The notes under the pieces were generated by a model. That model had not been told where the DNA came from, ran no database searches, and was given only the letters and a program-made list of their open reading frames with translations. Shown in pieces: positions 26,150-39,770 of a stretch of 64,000 nt of DNA. The position numbers and the translations under genes were made by a program. The number at the start of each line of letters is the position of its first letter. Position 1 is the stretch's first letter. Source of the DNA: Camelus ferus (Eukaryota); contig NC_045707.1 in assembly GCF_009834535.1 (NCBI RefSeq), positions 58,716,001 through 58,780,000 of the forward strand. Direction: 5' to 3'.

Positions 26150-26600
26150 TCATTCACTTCTTCAGCAAAGATTTATTAAGCACTTGCTACGGATAGACAT
26201 GATGGTGAATAAAATCATGCCCATACAGATACACATACATTCTGCTTTCAGTTTAGTAAAGGAGACATTAAACAAATAAACTCATGAAAGCGTGTACAAT
26301 AACTCTCTGAGAAAAGCCCTCTATGAGATAGAAATGATGTTAATACAGCTGCCCTTGACTGGGAATCAAGGCAGGATTCCCCAAGTGACTCCTGAGCTGG
26401 CATGTGAGACATGAGTCTCAGATGGGTTGATGTAGAAGCAAGCGGAGATGGCAGGGATCTTGAGGGAGAAGAGACAGCATGGGGAGGGGGGCTAGTGACA
26501 TAAGGCATGTGTGTCAGACTTAATGAAGCAAGGAAGGCGAGGAGAGGAGGCTAGAGGTGGGTTAGGGCATGCCCTCCATAGCATGGTGGTCCTCATTAAG
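26150..26600 (-). mobile_element. L2 LINE 3' fragment
   Basis: cattcacttcttcagcaaagatttattaagcacttgcta (antisense L2 tail) followed by L2 body. Confidence 0.7.
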
Positions 26601-27319
26601 GAGACGACTTCATCGTGAAGACTGATGAGAAACCAAGGGAGGAAAATTAGCATTCTGGCTGCAGACAGTGATCGTCTGGGAAGAGGCCCGGAAAACAGCT
26701 ACAAGGTGCCTTCTGCTTTTCTCTGAAGGACTGAACACTTGTCTACAGAAAGCTATCCGTTTTTGCCTACCTATTTCACCAAGGGGTATTATAATAAATT
26801 TTTTTCTTGCCTCTCTCTGAAAGCAGGAGCTAAATAATGGTGACTTGACACCACAGATCTCAGAAGTGTCACAGAAACAAATAAGAGAACGGGAAAAGCC
26901 CAACTGCTTTCCTTACATATTGAAAGCTCTGCATACGCTGGGATTTTAATGAACAAAGCAATGTGGTTTGTCACTTGTACACTGTAGTACCTGCTGAGTT
27001 GTGTTTGAGTCGGACGCAGCTTGAGCTAGATGTGGCCACCATCTAGCTGACTGGATCCAATCTTCCTCTAAAACTTAAATCAATATCTAGTCTATAATCT
27101 TCTTTGGCATCAGATAACGTTGTTGTAAAACTCTGAAGCACAGCTTATCCATGGATGATCCACCCACCCCCAAACAAGAAACAACTGGACTGATGTCTAA
27201 AAATGAAGATTTGGGGCCTCTTAGCTCTAGACTCTCCAATTCTTAGGTGTGCCCTGGGAATCTGCAGATGTAAAATATCCGTGGGTGGGTCTCAAGAAAA
27301 CCTATGTTTAAATCTTCGG

Positions 27320-27490
27320 CAGTGATTCCCAAGCATTCATCCATCCAGGAGTCACTGGGGATCTTATAAAATGCAAATTCCCAGGAGGTATACTGAGAAA
27401 TTTTAATTCAGGAGATTTGAGGTTGACTAGGCATAATTTTTTTTTAAACAAAGCTCAAGTGAATTTTAAGTGCAAAGTGAAAAGCCACTG
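27320..27490. mobile_element. MER5-type hAT-Charlie MITE
   Basis: cagtgattccc...gccactg termini; internal gtcactgggg..cttataaaatgcaaattcc. Confidence 0.7.
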
Positions 27491-27619
27491 GCCTGCAAGT
27501 TTTTCCTAGTTTATTTGCACTATTTCTAGCACGATCTCTCAGAAAGTACATACACTCCTGTGAGGTCAAGGGAATTATCCTTTTCAGCGTTCTCTCCTTA
27601 GCACTTGGACAGGGTTAAC

Positions 27620-27852
27620 ACTTACTGTTCTTTGGACCTCAAATGAAACATCACTGCCTTCTTGACTAGAAGAAATGTTTCTGCTACAGATTCATACATT
27701 TCTGTAATTTCCCAAATCACTCATCACACTTCTTTGTCATAAACTGATTATTTTTGTTGGTAAACTCTGGGAGACATGGTCTGTTTTATGCTCAATAGAA
27801 CTGTTAATACCTAGCAGAGTACCTGGCACTTAATAATTATTTATTGAGTGAA
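27620..27852 (+). mobile_element. L2 LINE 3' end
   Basis: ggtaaactctgggag..cctagcagagtacctggcact..tttattgagtga. Confidence 0.6.
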
Positions 27853-28189
27853 AATTACATGCAGTAAATATTAAATAAATGTTTCCATTATTTGAAGACT
27901 GTGATCTCTTTTAACCTCCTCTTCACCAGTGAAAAGGTATTTAAGGTTTCACATGAGATCCCAAAGCAACCTTTTAGGCGAAACAGACATAAAATTCCAG
28001 TCGAACTTCTCAACAATGGTTGGCACAATGGCCCAAATCTGGCCACCTCTCACCATCTCTGTAGCCACAATCCTAGTCCGAAATACCTCCACATTTCCCT
28101 TGAAGAGGAAATCAAACAGACTTGGGAAATGAAGTCATCCTCATGGAAACAATCCAGAATTGGCTGGGTATGAAATAAAGAGCACATGT

Positions 28190-28420
28190 AGAGGATCTAG
28201 CTTTTGAAGAAAAGTGTCCTCAAAGATTGAAATTTACTAATGAAAATGTAGACAAAATGATAAAATAGTTAGGATGGGGTCTGGAAAAAAAATCTAAGTA
28301 TCCACAGGGATGGCTTGGCAGAGGAGGACTCGATAAGCTTGTCCTGCAGAAAGAGAGGAAGAAGAGGTGAGAGTGAAGTGACCAGGCTCTAGTTGTCTTG
28401 GAGGCATTCGAGGAGACTCT
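28190..28420 (+). mobile_element. L3/CR1 LINE 3' region fragment
   Basis: aggatggggtctggaaa..cctgcagaaagagaggaag resembles recalled L3 consensus. Confidence 0.45.
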
Positions 28421-29409
28421 TTAACAAAGCACACACTAAAGAATACTTTAGTAGGCATTAATAAGTTGGGGGTTCAAAGACTGATGGCTTCCCTCCTCAC
28501 TTTCATATCAAGAAGAACAGCAAAAAGTGTAATCTTCAGGAAAGAAAGGGGTAGGAAATATGGTACTACAGACAACTTGGTCCCTGATATTAACACATAA
28601 GAAGGTATCATTTGCAGGGGACAGTTTGTTCAGAATGAAATGGAGGATCCCATGGAAGGCAACCAAAACGAGGACAGGATACATGAGAGATATTCTCCGT
28701 CTTTTATTTTCATAGAGAAGCAAGAGATATCTAGTCTCATCTTCAACATAGACTAGGGGAAAAAAAGTCATTCAATTTGTTTCTGTCCAATCTTCACTTG
28801 TCACAGTCTCTTTTCAATTCTAATTCTATTGATTTTTCCACCTCTTTCTCTATTGTACTAGAAAAATATTGAAAGAACAGGCTAAAGAAATATTAACCTC
28901 AAGTACTAGGAATTCCACAGCATCCATTTACCAGGGAAAGGAAACCCAATAAGTCTCTGGTAAGACCTCAGACGCCACACAGTGGTATTCCGCCCAGAAA
29001 CACTCAAAAGCAAGTTAAGAAATCTTGGAAATATTACTGGAGCTCAGGACTGAGGTATCACTAGGTCCCTGATAGGCACAGCAATGGCAGCAAACTGTCA
29101 TGAAGTACAGAGAATGTCTTCTCTGGGCAGAGTTTTAAGTCCCTGTAAAGTAAGTACCAAATCTAGGTTAGGGAGGAAAGATGGTGAAGAAAGAGTAGAG
29201 TAAAAGGATCATGAAACAAACAGCCTTGATAATAACAGGAAACGAAAGAAGAGGTATAGGTTAAAGACCATGTCATTTCAAAATGTTGGATGATATAAAC
29301 ATTTACAGGCAACCAAATTACAAAAAATAACCAAATGTCAACTCAACTGACCTTCCTATGTCAACAAGTAACATACCTTCCAGTTAAAAGCTTGAGCTGT
29401 AGATTAATA

Positions 29410-29620
29410 TTTATTTCAGTTCTTCTGACTGACAGCTAAGTGACCTTAGGCACAGCTTTTAACCTTTCTAAGTCTCAGTCTTTATCAGTAAAATGGGGAT
29501 AATTATACTACTTACTTCATAGGGAATGTACACTGGCTAAAGGAAGTAAAACATACAAGTGTTTATCACGGTGCCAGGGAGCAAGTAAGAACTTGATACA
29601 TGTAGTTTAGTGTTAATAGC
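29410..29620 (+). mobile_element. MIR SINE
   Basis: tgaccttaggc..aacctttctaagtctcagt..gtaaaatggggataat..cttcataggg..cacggtgcc. Confidence 0.85.
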
Positions 29621-30339
29621 TAGGATCTGCTTTGTTGCCTTTGCTAATACTTAGCAACAATGATCCGTGCAGATAATGGAAGATTATTCTGGATGTCAGG
29701 GGAAAATGGAAAGTAGGGGTTGCCTTCTGCTTTAGAGAATCCACAGAATGGATGACCTTGCATAAATTATTGAAAATCCAAAACAAAACAAACAAAAAAA
29801 TCAGAGAGATCTTTATCTAAATGGTAAAGATAAAGCCACTAAAATTTAAAGTATTGTTCCTGGAATACACAACACACAAGTATTGGTAGAGATTTGTCTT
29901 CTCATGGAAAGGACTAAAAACTTAGAAAGCTTTTAAAACGTCATCTTCTATTTCACAACAGCCTCTACAGACATTGTCACATGGTAACAAAAAGAGATAT
30001 TCTTTGTGCAACTTAAACATTTAATGAAAGTGAGCAATTCAGATTTTATATTTGACATAAAGCTTCTAAATGGAGTAATCATCTTATAAGTAATCTCGGG
30101 AACATAAATATAATATATTTACAGCAACTCTAAAGTTTCTAAAAACTTTACCATAATGTTTTTCCTATGGAAGAAAATTGTTCTTGAATAGTATTTTCTT
30201 GTAGAGAAAATAAATCAATGGAGTTTTCATTGAACTGCTGCTGAGGTAAGTCACACTTATCCATCAGTTAGGGAAATAAGGCTAACAAAAAACAGGCGTG
30301 AGCAGTGGGGGATGACACAAGAATTATGTGGGAATACCT

Positions 30340-31165
30340 TATGCATCCAACCCAGTGCTGAGGCCAAGATCATGAGAGTCGTCTGCGATGCCTTTCTTTC
30401 CTTTAATCTCTATCAAAACCTATTCTGCCTCCACAAAATGGTCCAAATCTGACCTCTCACCAGCCTCACCGCCACCATCACAGCCCAAAACACATTCACC
30501 TTTCCCTTGGATACATTCTTCAGTCTCTTGAACTCCAGTCCTTCCTACCTACAGTCATGCTACCCAACAGCCTGCAGAGGATCCTCAAATAGAAACTCGC
30601 TCATAACATTTCTCTGCTTAAAACATTTCAGTGTTTCCGCATCACAACTGGAATTAAATCAAAGCACTTGTCATGCTTATAGGAGCCCATGTGTTCCCCT
30701 GCCACCTATTTCATCTGACACTCCCCTTCCGTTTGCACAGAGCGCCTCCTACTTTCCTCCTCTCTGCTCCTAAAACAAGCCAAGGTCACTCCTACCTCCG
30801 GACTCTTGCACGTGCCGAACCCTCTGCTTGGAACCCTCTCTTCCCAGAGAGTCCTGGAAGATGGTTGTTCCTCTTTAGGTTTCCACTCAGAGGTCCGCCA
30901 TCTCAGAGGGGCCTTCTGTGACCATCGTCTACAAATGAACCTTCACCCTCGACTCACCACTCACTATTCTATTTATGTATTTATGGGTATTTTTTTCAAC
31001 CACAGTAATAACTATTTATATGTATGTGGGTTTATTTTCTTTTTTATTCCACCAGAGTGCAAGTTCCTTGAGGACAGGGATCCTGGTTAACGTGTGTATC
31101 CTGTATCCCCAAGTACCACCTTAAACCAGGGCCCGACACCTAGTAAGCATTTGTTAGTTGAATGT
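30340..31165 (+). mobile_element. L2 LINE 3' portion
   Basis: Pyrimidine-rich L2 body ending agagtgcaagttccttgaggacaggga..tagtaagcatttgttagttgaatg. Confidence 0.85.
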
Positions 31166-31740
31166 TAGATGACCCAAGAGGGCCATTACCTGTACTTTTT
31201 ATCCGGATATGTCCCCTATCTCTGAAGCCACCTACTCCCAGAACCCTTTTCTGTCTTTGATGAGCTATTGCATTGAAACTCTTTCCTTATTTTTTCTAAT
31301 GAGATTTGAACCCCTAAATCTTCTATTTACCTTCTCCTGAAGCCTTTTCTTGGTGATGTCTCTCAGGAGAGGAAAGCTGACATATGGTCACAAAAAAGAA
31401 GTATGAGTATTATCTACTTTCTCTCCTCTAGACCCAACTTGACCTTCCACAACCTTCTGAGTTCAGATGATATGTTAACTAAAGAGGAAGAGGAATCTGA
31501 AGTATCAGGACATAGAGGTCCTTAGCACAACATCTAAGGATGTCACTGCTTTGTGATGATGGGTGATCTTAGGGACTGATCCAGGCAATAATTTCCTTAC
31601 AATTGTAATAAAGTTGACTCAAAAAAAAAAAAAAAAAAAAGATACAACCACTACATAAAACATGTTATTTTCCCTGCTCTGGGAAAATGGTTTCATGGGC
31701 CAAATAATTAACTTATACATAAACTTACATAATACATCTT

Positions 31741-31871
31741 TTTTAAAAAATTGTTTTTTAGATTTTTTTTTTTAGTTGAAGTCAAGTCAGTTTACAATGT
31801 TTTATCAATGTCTGGTGTACGGCATAATGTTTCAGTCATACATATACATAAATGTATTCATTTCCATATAA
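31741..31871 (-). mobile_element. Young 5'-truncated L1 3' end with target-site duplication
   Basis: T-rich antisense tail then gttgaagtcaagtcagtttacaatgt..tctggtgtacggcataatg; perfect TSD aatacatctt at 31731-31740 and 31872-31881. Confidence 0.85.
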
Positions 31872-33719
31872 AATACATCTTAACATTAATTTCTTAATTA
31901 CTTGAACAAGCAGTGAGTGTAGAAGTCCAGAGGACAGGGAGGTCATCGTGGCCTGGAGCAACTGAAAAAGCGTCATGGAGGAGGAGGAAGAGGGACTTGA
32001 AATGGGCCTTGAATTACGAGTGCATCTAAATAGCTGCTCTACTTAGTCGCATAATTTCCCCTCCCCTAATTTTGAGGGGAAATTTGCATCTCCTCTGCCC
32101 AGTTTCTCCTGGCTGGCTGCCTCGCCTGTCAACGGCAGTAGCTTTTTTGCTGTAAAACGGCCAACAAGGTACCTGTGCACCATTTCCGGCTGAAAACACT
32201 TGCAACTTGCACAAACTGAAATGTTAACTGGTAGAACACCTTAGCAGTATATTTGTATGGATACAAATCTACTTTTTTTTTTTTTTTTTTAGATTTCTCT
32301 TGGCAGCTTTAAAAATGTACAAAGCAACAAAAGAGCAGGAGCTATATATTTACTAAGGTCAGTCACCGATGCAGAACACCTTAATTAGCTGTGAAAAAAC
32401 TGTGCTTCTAAGTTATTAACCACAGTAACACTGTGTTTCATCACATGGTTTGTCATGGCTCATCATGGAGAAAGTGAGAACTGTGTTGCAGGACCTCCCT
32501 CTTACCCTCCACGAGAATCAACTCCACTAGCATCAAACTTAGCAAAAAGATCTGAAGCTTTCTGAGAATGTCTTTCTGTGAATCACTAATGATCCTATAT
32601 AATACATTTTAGATAACCCAAAAGAAAACAAAAGGGAAAAAAGAAACACACACAAACAAAAACAAGTGGGAGAGATGTTATTTCCAGGACTCTCAGAAGA
32701 TGGCACCAAATGTTCATCCCTGCTGATGACGAAAAGACCAGAAAGCCCAACATCCGAGCCTGCAAAGCCATCATTCCCAGTAACGTGACTAGTTCTCCAA
32801 AAAGAGCATCTGTTGCCTGGAGCTCATTCATGGTCACTGCCACTTTGGCCGTCCCTTTTGCCCTCATACTGTATTCCAATTACAACTTACTATGGAAGCC
32901 ACACCTCGCTTAACAGTCACACTCTGGCCTTGGCAACTTCGGCCATTCAGGTGCCAACAGTGGGCAAACTGCTGCATTGGCTTGTCCTAACCAAGTATTC
33001 CCTCAACGACACAGAATCTAAGACTTTAATTCCCATGCCTTCCATATAAGTGATCCTCATACATGGCCACCAGTAGACCTGTCTGAGATAGAAAACCCTC
33101 AAATCATGAATGCCATCACTTCCACTGCAAACTAACATGGAAATCAGTATTTCCGGTCAATTCAAGAGTTTGGTCTTCACTGGAAGAAGACCCTGACTGA
33201 AAAACCCTTCTAGTTTTTTTGCCAACAGTGACATCCGTTTGTATCATCTTTTGGCCTCCTGGAAGGCATACCATCACCCTTCAGTGCAAACCAATTAAAG
33301 AAAAGAAAAGGGAGGTCAACTGAGTGCCTGTCAGTCAAGACCAGAGCACTACCCAAGGTGTCTGATAGGAATCCATGAGGGCTTAATTGTGTCCATGGTG
33401 GTAAGGGCATTTTGAAGAGTTCGGACTCGACTGGGACCCTCATGAAATACATCCCTTCCATGGAACCAGTTCTCACTTTGGAATGGTCTTTTCAAACTAA
33501 GTGAAAGCGTCTGGAACTCCTGATGGCTTTGATCCTCTGCCAGCACAGTAATTAGTAAACTGCACGGCCCAGGCTTGTTTAACTGCCTGTCTTTTCAGTC
33601 CACAAGCTCTATGTCTAAAGTCGGGGTGGTGTCTATTTGTTCTTAAGGATCTTACATGCATGCTATCTGGTATGTATTAATAATAATACCAGTAAGTGAA
33701 CAAAAATAACTTCTGAAGC

Positions 33720-33945
33720 TTCCCATGTTATAGATCTGATACTCTGAGTTTTTCCTATATTATCTCATTTAAGACATACTGAGGAATACCAGCCCTAGGA
33801 AAGAGACACTACTATTAGCCCTATTTTTCCTATAATGAAACTGCAGATTAGTGGGTTGCCATGACTTGCCTCAGATCCAGAACTAGTAAAAGGAAAACTA
33901 GGATTGCAATCTAGGTTTGTGTGACCTTAAAATACATGTTCTTTA
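33720..33945 (-). mobile_element. MIR SINE
   Basis: tattatctcatttaa..actattagccctattttt..atgaaactg..tgacttgcc..ggattgcaatctagg. Confidence 0.75.
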
Positions 33946-34454
33946 TCTCTGTGGGGCATTTTTTCTACTTACAAAAACAGTTCTTTAATTGATTTCAATA
34001 TATGAATAAAATATTGTCATGTTAAAACGTTATTAAATGGGTTCAGGATATATTGCGACTTCATTCATGCTCCCTTTCTAAAGTCCATAGCTGGCCTCTA
34101 ACACACAAGGCTGGCTTAGACCGTTGAAGCGAAGGGTTCTGCTGACCACATCATGTCTCTCCGGGGCAAGCAAAACCAGCATTGTTTTAGAGGAGGCTTG
34201 TTACTTGCTAAGAACAGAGGGGTGCTACCAGGAAGCTTTGCTGCGCCCACACAGTAAGAAACCAGACTCTCCATGAGATGCCACCTATCAGGATTCTCAA
34301 GTTAGGTTCTAGGAAAACCCTTCTTTTCATGGAAGAATAATGCAGCTAAGCTTCAGGTTTTTGTGTAAGTTCTCCTTTGAAAGTTTGAAGTTACATGAGC
34401 TCATAAGCATATTATTCACCAAATCAGTGTCACTGTTGAGTGGAGAGGGTGCTC

Positions 34455-34635
34455 GAACCAGCGACTTTGATCTATCACTTACAACTGTGTGGCCTAGAGT
34501 AAGTTACTGAACCCCTTTCTGCTCTAATTTATCTAAATATTCCCATATTTAGAAATAATAATTTTTCTCTCATAATAATGTTGTGAAATGAAATAAGGTA
34601 CTTAAAGGAAACAGGAACATATTAGATACTCGAAA
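34455..34635 (+). mobile_element. MIR SINE fragment
   Basis: tatcacttacaactgtgtggcctagagtaagttactgaaccc..ctcataataatgttgtgaaa. Confidence 0.65.
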
Positions 34636-37106
34636 AATTCCCACATCTATATCCAAATTGCATTCTAATTTTCACCCAGTATTTTTTTTCCACCCTGTAT
34701 TAACAAGTGCTATTATCCTATTGAAATGCACCAAATATCTCTTATATTTAGCCCCAACCTGACAAAGCAAACTCACTTAAACAAAGATACTGATGAAATC
34801 TGACTGAACTACAATTAGTTATACTAACTAAAGAAAATAATACAATAAAACAATAACATTTGTATTGTGTTCTGTTGCCCACCACTAAATGCTTATATTC
34901 AAATCATGAAATTTATTAAGCATATCAGAAAAGTCAGTAAGAATTAGCTAAATTAGTTACATGCTGTAATTACTTGAGAGAAATTGCAATTGTCAACACC
35001 TTTATATTTATGATGCAATTTACTTTCAATGAAAATTTAACTTACTTTTAAATGTCCAAATATGTGACTTTTGGAAATTTAGACAACTGGTAACTCTCAC
35101 CACAAACAACTATAAATCAAACAAAATTAAATGGATATAAGTGTTTTCTTTACTATCATTTTGAATATATATAAACTACAGGTGACTGTCTCTTCTTAAT
35201 TAGAATATGAAGTTTAAAAAGGTTTATTAGATAGGTATTTGAAAGTACAAAAAATTGAATTCTTGGTAGCATCATAGTCACTCTAAAGATGAAGGTTAAC
35301 TATTTTATTATGGTTTCTGCTCACGGCAGTTTTTCCACATAATTGATGCTTTTCAAGATGCTGGCAATTGTTACTTTAAAATTGGAACAAAAGAAATTAA
35401 TCCTTTTAGAGGGCATGCTGATTCAAACCTGCCAGATGAAAAAAGAAATAGCTCTAGTCTGACTTCAAAGCCTAATTTTTCTTTGTAGAAGAAGAGTTTC
35501 TATAGAATTATGAAAGATGAAAAGAGACTGTCCAATGTACTAATGACCTGAGAAGATAGATTACATTATCAAAAGATAAAATATGAGTAGGTCATAAAAG
35601 TTATGAAAATGTCTATTGTTTCTTCCAAAAGGAAAATGAAATACACACACATTTTTTAGAATAAATTCACCTGTAGGATGATCACTATCATTCAGGACTT
35701 TGGGAAGATCTACACAGTACAACGCAGATTAAAGCAGAGCCTTTTGCAATCAGAAACAGAAACAAAAATCCCTCAACGACACAGATTATGTCTGTTTTAC
35801 TATAATGTTATTCACTTGGCTACACCAAATCTCTCAAAATCTAATTTTGCAGTGGTGTCTTAAGCTTGTACCATTTCATATTTACATGAAATTAGAAAAA
35901 TCTATCTTACAACCTACAACTTTGCCATCCTGGGTTTTAAACAGTATATGCATTACAATATTACTAACATTGATTCGGACCGGTGGCATTTGCAAGGAGA
36001 CATGAAGATGGGAATCCAGGTGCATTTGAAGAGTCAATGTTGGAAAGTCATTAAGCAGAATTTTTTTTCCTGGATCAGTTCTTGATCTGTAATTATCAAG
36101 GGACTAGATGCCGATGTCATGTGTGATCAACATTAAAATGTCAAGACACTAATCATTGGGTCAAAGGCACTATAATGTTTAAGGGAAAAACTGGAATGGA
36201 GTGGAGTGTTTGGCCTGCATGTTCTGGCCACAGTCCAAGTTGAGAGATTGTAGACTGCTTTTCTTAAATCCCCCCTGTAGTTTCATTTGGAGGCTGTACT
36301 CTCATTCGATTCCTCTCTTAAATGATTTTGCAGTATTGTTGTGTTCTGTTAAACAACTGCTGTGTTCCACTCCAGTGGTGGATAAAGTGATTTCTGTACT
36401 CTGTATAGAGTCTGTAACACACTCCTCCTTCAGGGGTGGTGAAAGGTACAGAAGAAATGTACCTGTTACTGATTTTAAAAGAAAGCAACATATCGATCTT
36501 AATAGATAAAAATATTTAAAGCCTCAATACTATAGGGTTCATGAAATCACAAAGTGAGTAAGCGTTGAAACTACTTTTTTTTTTTTTTAATGTTGGATCT
36601 CATTTTTCTCATCTTGCCTTACTTTACAACAGAAGAATCCCAGAGGAGTGAGTTTGAGATTCAGGGAGTACACAGTCATTAAACAAATGGAATGTGTTTA
36701 GTGATGCTAAACTAAATTCACAGTTTGAACAGATATGGGATATAAATGAAGTAAGCTCAGGGTAAGAGTTCAGGGCATCTCAGTAAACACAGCAAGAAAA
36801 TGTTCTCATTTTCTTGGTAACCCACTGGCTACCGGGATGCCAAACCTGAGGTTCAAAAACCAAATTTCCTTCATCAGAAAAAACTTTTAAAATAGTGAAA
36901 TGATGAGACATTTTTCTAAGCAAAGTTTCCCCCCATAATAAAAATAAAAACATGACAATGTTGAGAAAAAGCCAAAGAATATTTCATCTTGTAGTCACAA
37001 GTGCATTGTTATTCTTTCTGCCCAAGAAATTTCAGCTAAAAGCAAACAGGTTGTTCATAAATGAAAATTATTCTAAGTGACCAGTGAGCACATGCCATGA
37101 TGACTT

Positions 37107-37175
37107 TTTAAAATTGAAGTACAGTCGATTTACAACGTTGTGTTAGTTTCTGGTGTACAGCATAGTGATTCAGTC

Positions 37176-37211
<36 letters not shown>

Positions 37212-37342
37212 CTTGTCACTTTTTCACTATAGGTCATTACAAGGCATTGAATATAGTTCCCTGTGCTATAGTAGGACTTTGTCGTTTATCTGCTTTATAT
37301 ATGGTAGTTTGTTATCTGCAAATCCAGAACTCCCAATTTACC
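37107..37342 (-). mobile_element. Young 5'-truncated artiodactyl/camelid L1 3' end with internal (TA)14 and TSD
   Basis: aattgaagtacagtcgatttacaacgttgtgttagtttctggtgtacagcatagtgattcag..aatatagttccctgtgctata; TSD ccatgatgactt (37095-37106) / ccatgattactt (37343-37354); (TA)14 at 37181-37208. Confidence 0.9.
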
Positions 37343-37848
37343 CCATGATTACTTAATTTATAGTTTTCCTAACCAGGAGGGGGGCGCACTGCACTGATGC
37401 GCTTCCCCTGCCCTTAAATATACCTCATCTGTGCATTTCTGCCATTCTTTTTAACAAGTGAAAAAGTATAGTAAAATTGCTTTTTTTGGGGGAAAAGTAT
37501 AAAGAGAAACAAAAGGTATACATATTTCTGTCCTTTAAAAAAATCTCCAAACATGTCTATGCATCCTGCAACAGTAGTTTCTTCCTTACATATTTTATTT
37601 TACCATGCAGATGGCTAAAGCAGAGAATACTCTTAAACAAGAATTAGAAAATCTTGAAATTACCAAAAGCAAAACCTCTCAGTTAATCCAACCACTGAAC
37701 TAAATCCATCTTCTTTTAATTCTGAAGTAAGTGCCAAAAGAAAAAAAAGAACATTTATTTGAAGAAAGTAAAAATGGAAGTGAATGCTCCTGATAAATTT
37801 CACATCATGAAAAGCAGATGATTACTTTGCCGCTTTCAGCAAGGAGTA

Positions 37849-38163
37849 CAGCTGTCCCTCAGTGTCTCAGGGGATTGGTTCCAGGACCCCTGTAGTTACC
37901 AAAATCCAAGGAAGTACATGTCCCTTACATAAAATAGCGAAATATTTGCATAAAACTTTACACACACACTCCCATATACTTTAAATCATCTCTCCAGGAC
38001 TTATGATACCTATGTTAATACTATGTAAATAGTTGCTGGGGTACAACAAATTCTCAAGTTTTGCTCTTTGGAACTTTCTGGAATTTTCTTCCTCAGATTT
38101 TTTTCAGTCCACATTTGGTTGAATTCTGCAGACGTGGAACCCTCGGAAATGAAGGGCTGACTG
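37849..38163 (+). mobile_element. MER2B-type TcMar-Tigger MITE, apparently full length
   Basis: TA|cagctgtccctc...aagggctgactg|TA termini with TA duplication; internal ggggattggttccaggacccc and tactttaaatcatctct. Confidence 0.9.
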
Positions 38164-39697
38164 TATTTTAAAATCCACAGCACTTTGACAAAAATATTAT
38201 CATCTGAAAAACAGACTTTACAACGTGCTGTTCTCTCAGACATTGCTGACACTAAAAATAGACCATAAATTGGTAGTTTAGAGTGCCTTTCAGTTCCAGT
38301 TTTTCTAAAAGCACTTCACGAAGCAATTAGTCAGATAATGGTGGTGCGCTCACTCTTTGCAGCCTTTCTGTAGCCACTAATAGCACCCGATCTTTCCAGC
38401 CAATCGAATGGACTGTTGAGGGGCAGTGTAACATCTTTCCTCTTTTCAACCCTCATCACATTCTCTTCTTAAATAACATGTTTGGACTCTCTTCTTATTT
38501 ATAAAACAGCTTAGAGTTTAAATGTGTACCCCCCCCCCAAAAAAACCACAAAAAAACCCCATTGATTTTTGAATCTAATTAATCATAGGATCTACTGTTG
38601 ATGTCTGTAAATCATCTATGAATGATGAAACTCCATAATGTTTTATTGTCACTTTAGCAGTGGCTTTGTCAGTGAGACTGGGGATTTTTATTTTCTTTTT
38701 CCCTAAAGTGAACTTTATCAAGAATTTGTAAAATGTCACCATTTTAGTCTATCAAATATAACATGTAAAATAGAGGGACTGATTCTCATACTGGCAGTTT
38801 TTAACTTATTTTAAAGTTTAAATAGGACCTGTCATAGAGCCCCTTAGACTTACTGTAGTTTCTGCACTAAAATAGTATATAAATTAAGGTGTACCTGGTG
38901 ATAATAGTCTGCCTACAAAAAAAAAAAAAAAAAAGGTCTCAAGGGCAAATATACTGGAAGTCTGAACTTTTGGAATTCTTTGCTGTTCAGTGACTTAATT
39001 TACTTGAAATGATTTCTGTTGACGATTTGGCGAAGACAATTTTCTGTTTACTGTTTGCTTGTTATTTTCAGGTAAAGCTGTATTGGGGAATTTAAGTTGG
39101 CACTTGCTGGAGTGGCCCAGAACATGGATATACCACCCAGAGACACTGATATCAAGGGTAAATCACTTGGTCCAACAACAGTAGTTTCAACTCATAAAAA
39201 GATGATGACAAAAAGTTCCATGGGAAACAAAACACTAACTGAAGTCTCTAGGCCCCAGGATGATGTGTGTAACTAAGGTGCTATTAGACAATCCAGCATC
39301 AGCCCTGATAGCTTCAATTATAGAGACAAATTATCTTTTAAGGCTAGAGAGCTTCGTATCTTCGAAATGAACACGTGGTGAAGGCAGTTCTAAAAAGTGA
39401 TTTTTTTTTAAATACCACGCATGTTTAAAAGCAAGAGAGGTACCTTTTTTCCAAAGAGGAAGTTTACAATTTTTAATCCTCCCCCTGCTTACCTGAAGAA
39501 GGAAAATAACACTGTCCTTTCCATTTCGCTTTGCATCTGAATCACAACTTGGTAATGGTGAATTAATTTTGAATTACTTATGAAATAGACCCTGTCCTAC
39601 ATTTTAACTTACCCTAATCCAATTTAATGTAACCTGATCTAACAGCAGGAACGGTGGCATTTATTTCACATTTCAAACATTTTATGTTTCCACTCAC

Positions 39698-39726
39698 CTC
39701 GCTGATACGTTTAAAATAGACAGCAT
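39698..39726 (-). other. Candidate coding part of a first exon (MLSILNVSA + 2 nt) ending in consensus donor
   Basis: ATG at 39726-39724 with purine at -3, open to CAGCGAG|GTGAGT; peptide not recognised. Confidence 0.3.
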
Positions 39727-39770
39727 TTCTCAGTATGAAATACCCAGTTGTATAATCAAGATCCTGGCAC

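Noticed and set aside
30190..30252. 41-nt plus-strand pseudo-exon with GAG|GTAAGT (similar donor at 53081)
   Set aside because: Isolated splice-like signals occur on both strands throughout the window; nothing else supports them
32595..33546. Cluster of overlapping ORFs in GC-richer DNA, considered as ERV internal sequence or processed pseudogene
   Set aside because: No gag/pol/env or cellular protein motif recognised; no poly-A tail or TSD
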